Positions 5,704-5,820 of a stretch of 5,820 nt of DNA are shown here, in pieces. Every line of letters begins with the position of its first letter. Positions within the stretch are counted from its first letter, which is position 1. The notes beneath the pieces are model-generated. The model was given only the letters and a program-made list of their open reading frames with translations, searched no databases and had not been told where the DNA came from. Made by a program: the position numbers and the translations under genes. The stretch is from a virus (lineage: Duplodnaviria; Heunggongvirae; Uroviricota; Caudoviricetes), in IMG/VR virus record IMGVR_UViG_2778261643_000001, positions 1-5,820 of that record; one strand, 5' to 3'.

Positions 5704-5820
5704 GTTACGCCGAATGAAAAAGGACGTAACAGGTAAGGACGCTGACCAAAAAGATGGCCCTGGATTTGCCCCTATATTTCCAGACATCTGTTATCACTTA
5801 ACCCATTACAGGCCCGCTGC

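Overview
I read this window as a P1-like phage or phage-plasmid segment, not a host chromosome. That call rests on recall and by-eye comparison only; no database search was possible. Every gene I can support from 439 to 5521 is on the minus strand: tRNA-Asn(GUU) and tRNA-Thr(UGU), a roughly 1.1 kb structured and largely non-coding stretch holding one lower-GC orphan ORF (137 aa), a small two-TM membrane protein overlapping an SPFH/Band-7 lipoprotein, tRNA-Ile(CAU), a DnaB-family replicative helicase (Ban-like), and a translationally coupled GT-B-type glycosyltransferase-like gene (dbn-like). On the plus strand, the 3' end of a gene with octapeptide beta-helix repeats (phage spike or baseplate-like) converges on this operon at a bidirectional rho-independent terminator. 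The most unusual signal is in 4390-5740: a family of nested-hairpin repeats with a near-identical 26-nt core, different outer stems and a compensatory base-pair change, a tRNA-like pseudo-element beside tRNA-Thr, and a recurring 10-mer junction motif. Together with the orphan ORF these look like a cassette-like accessory module or an RNA-processing/recombination system that I cannot assign to any known family.
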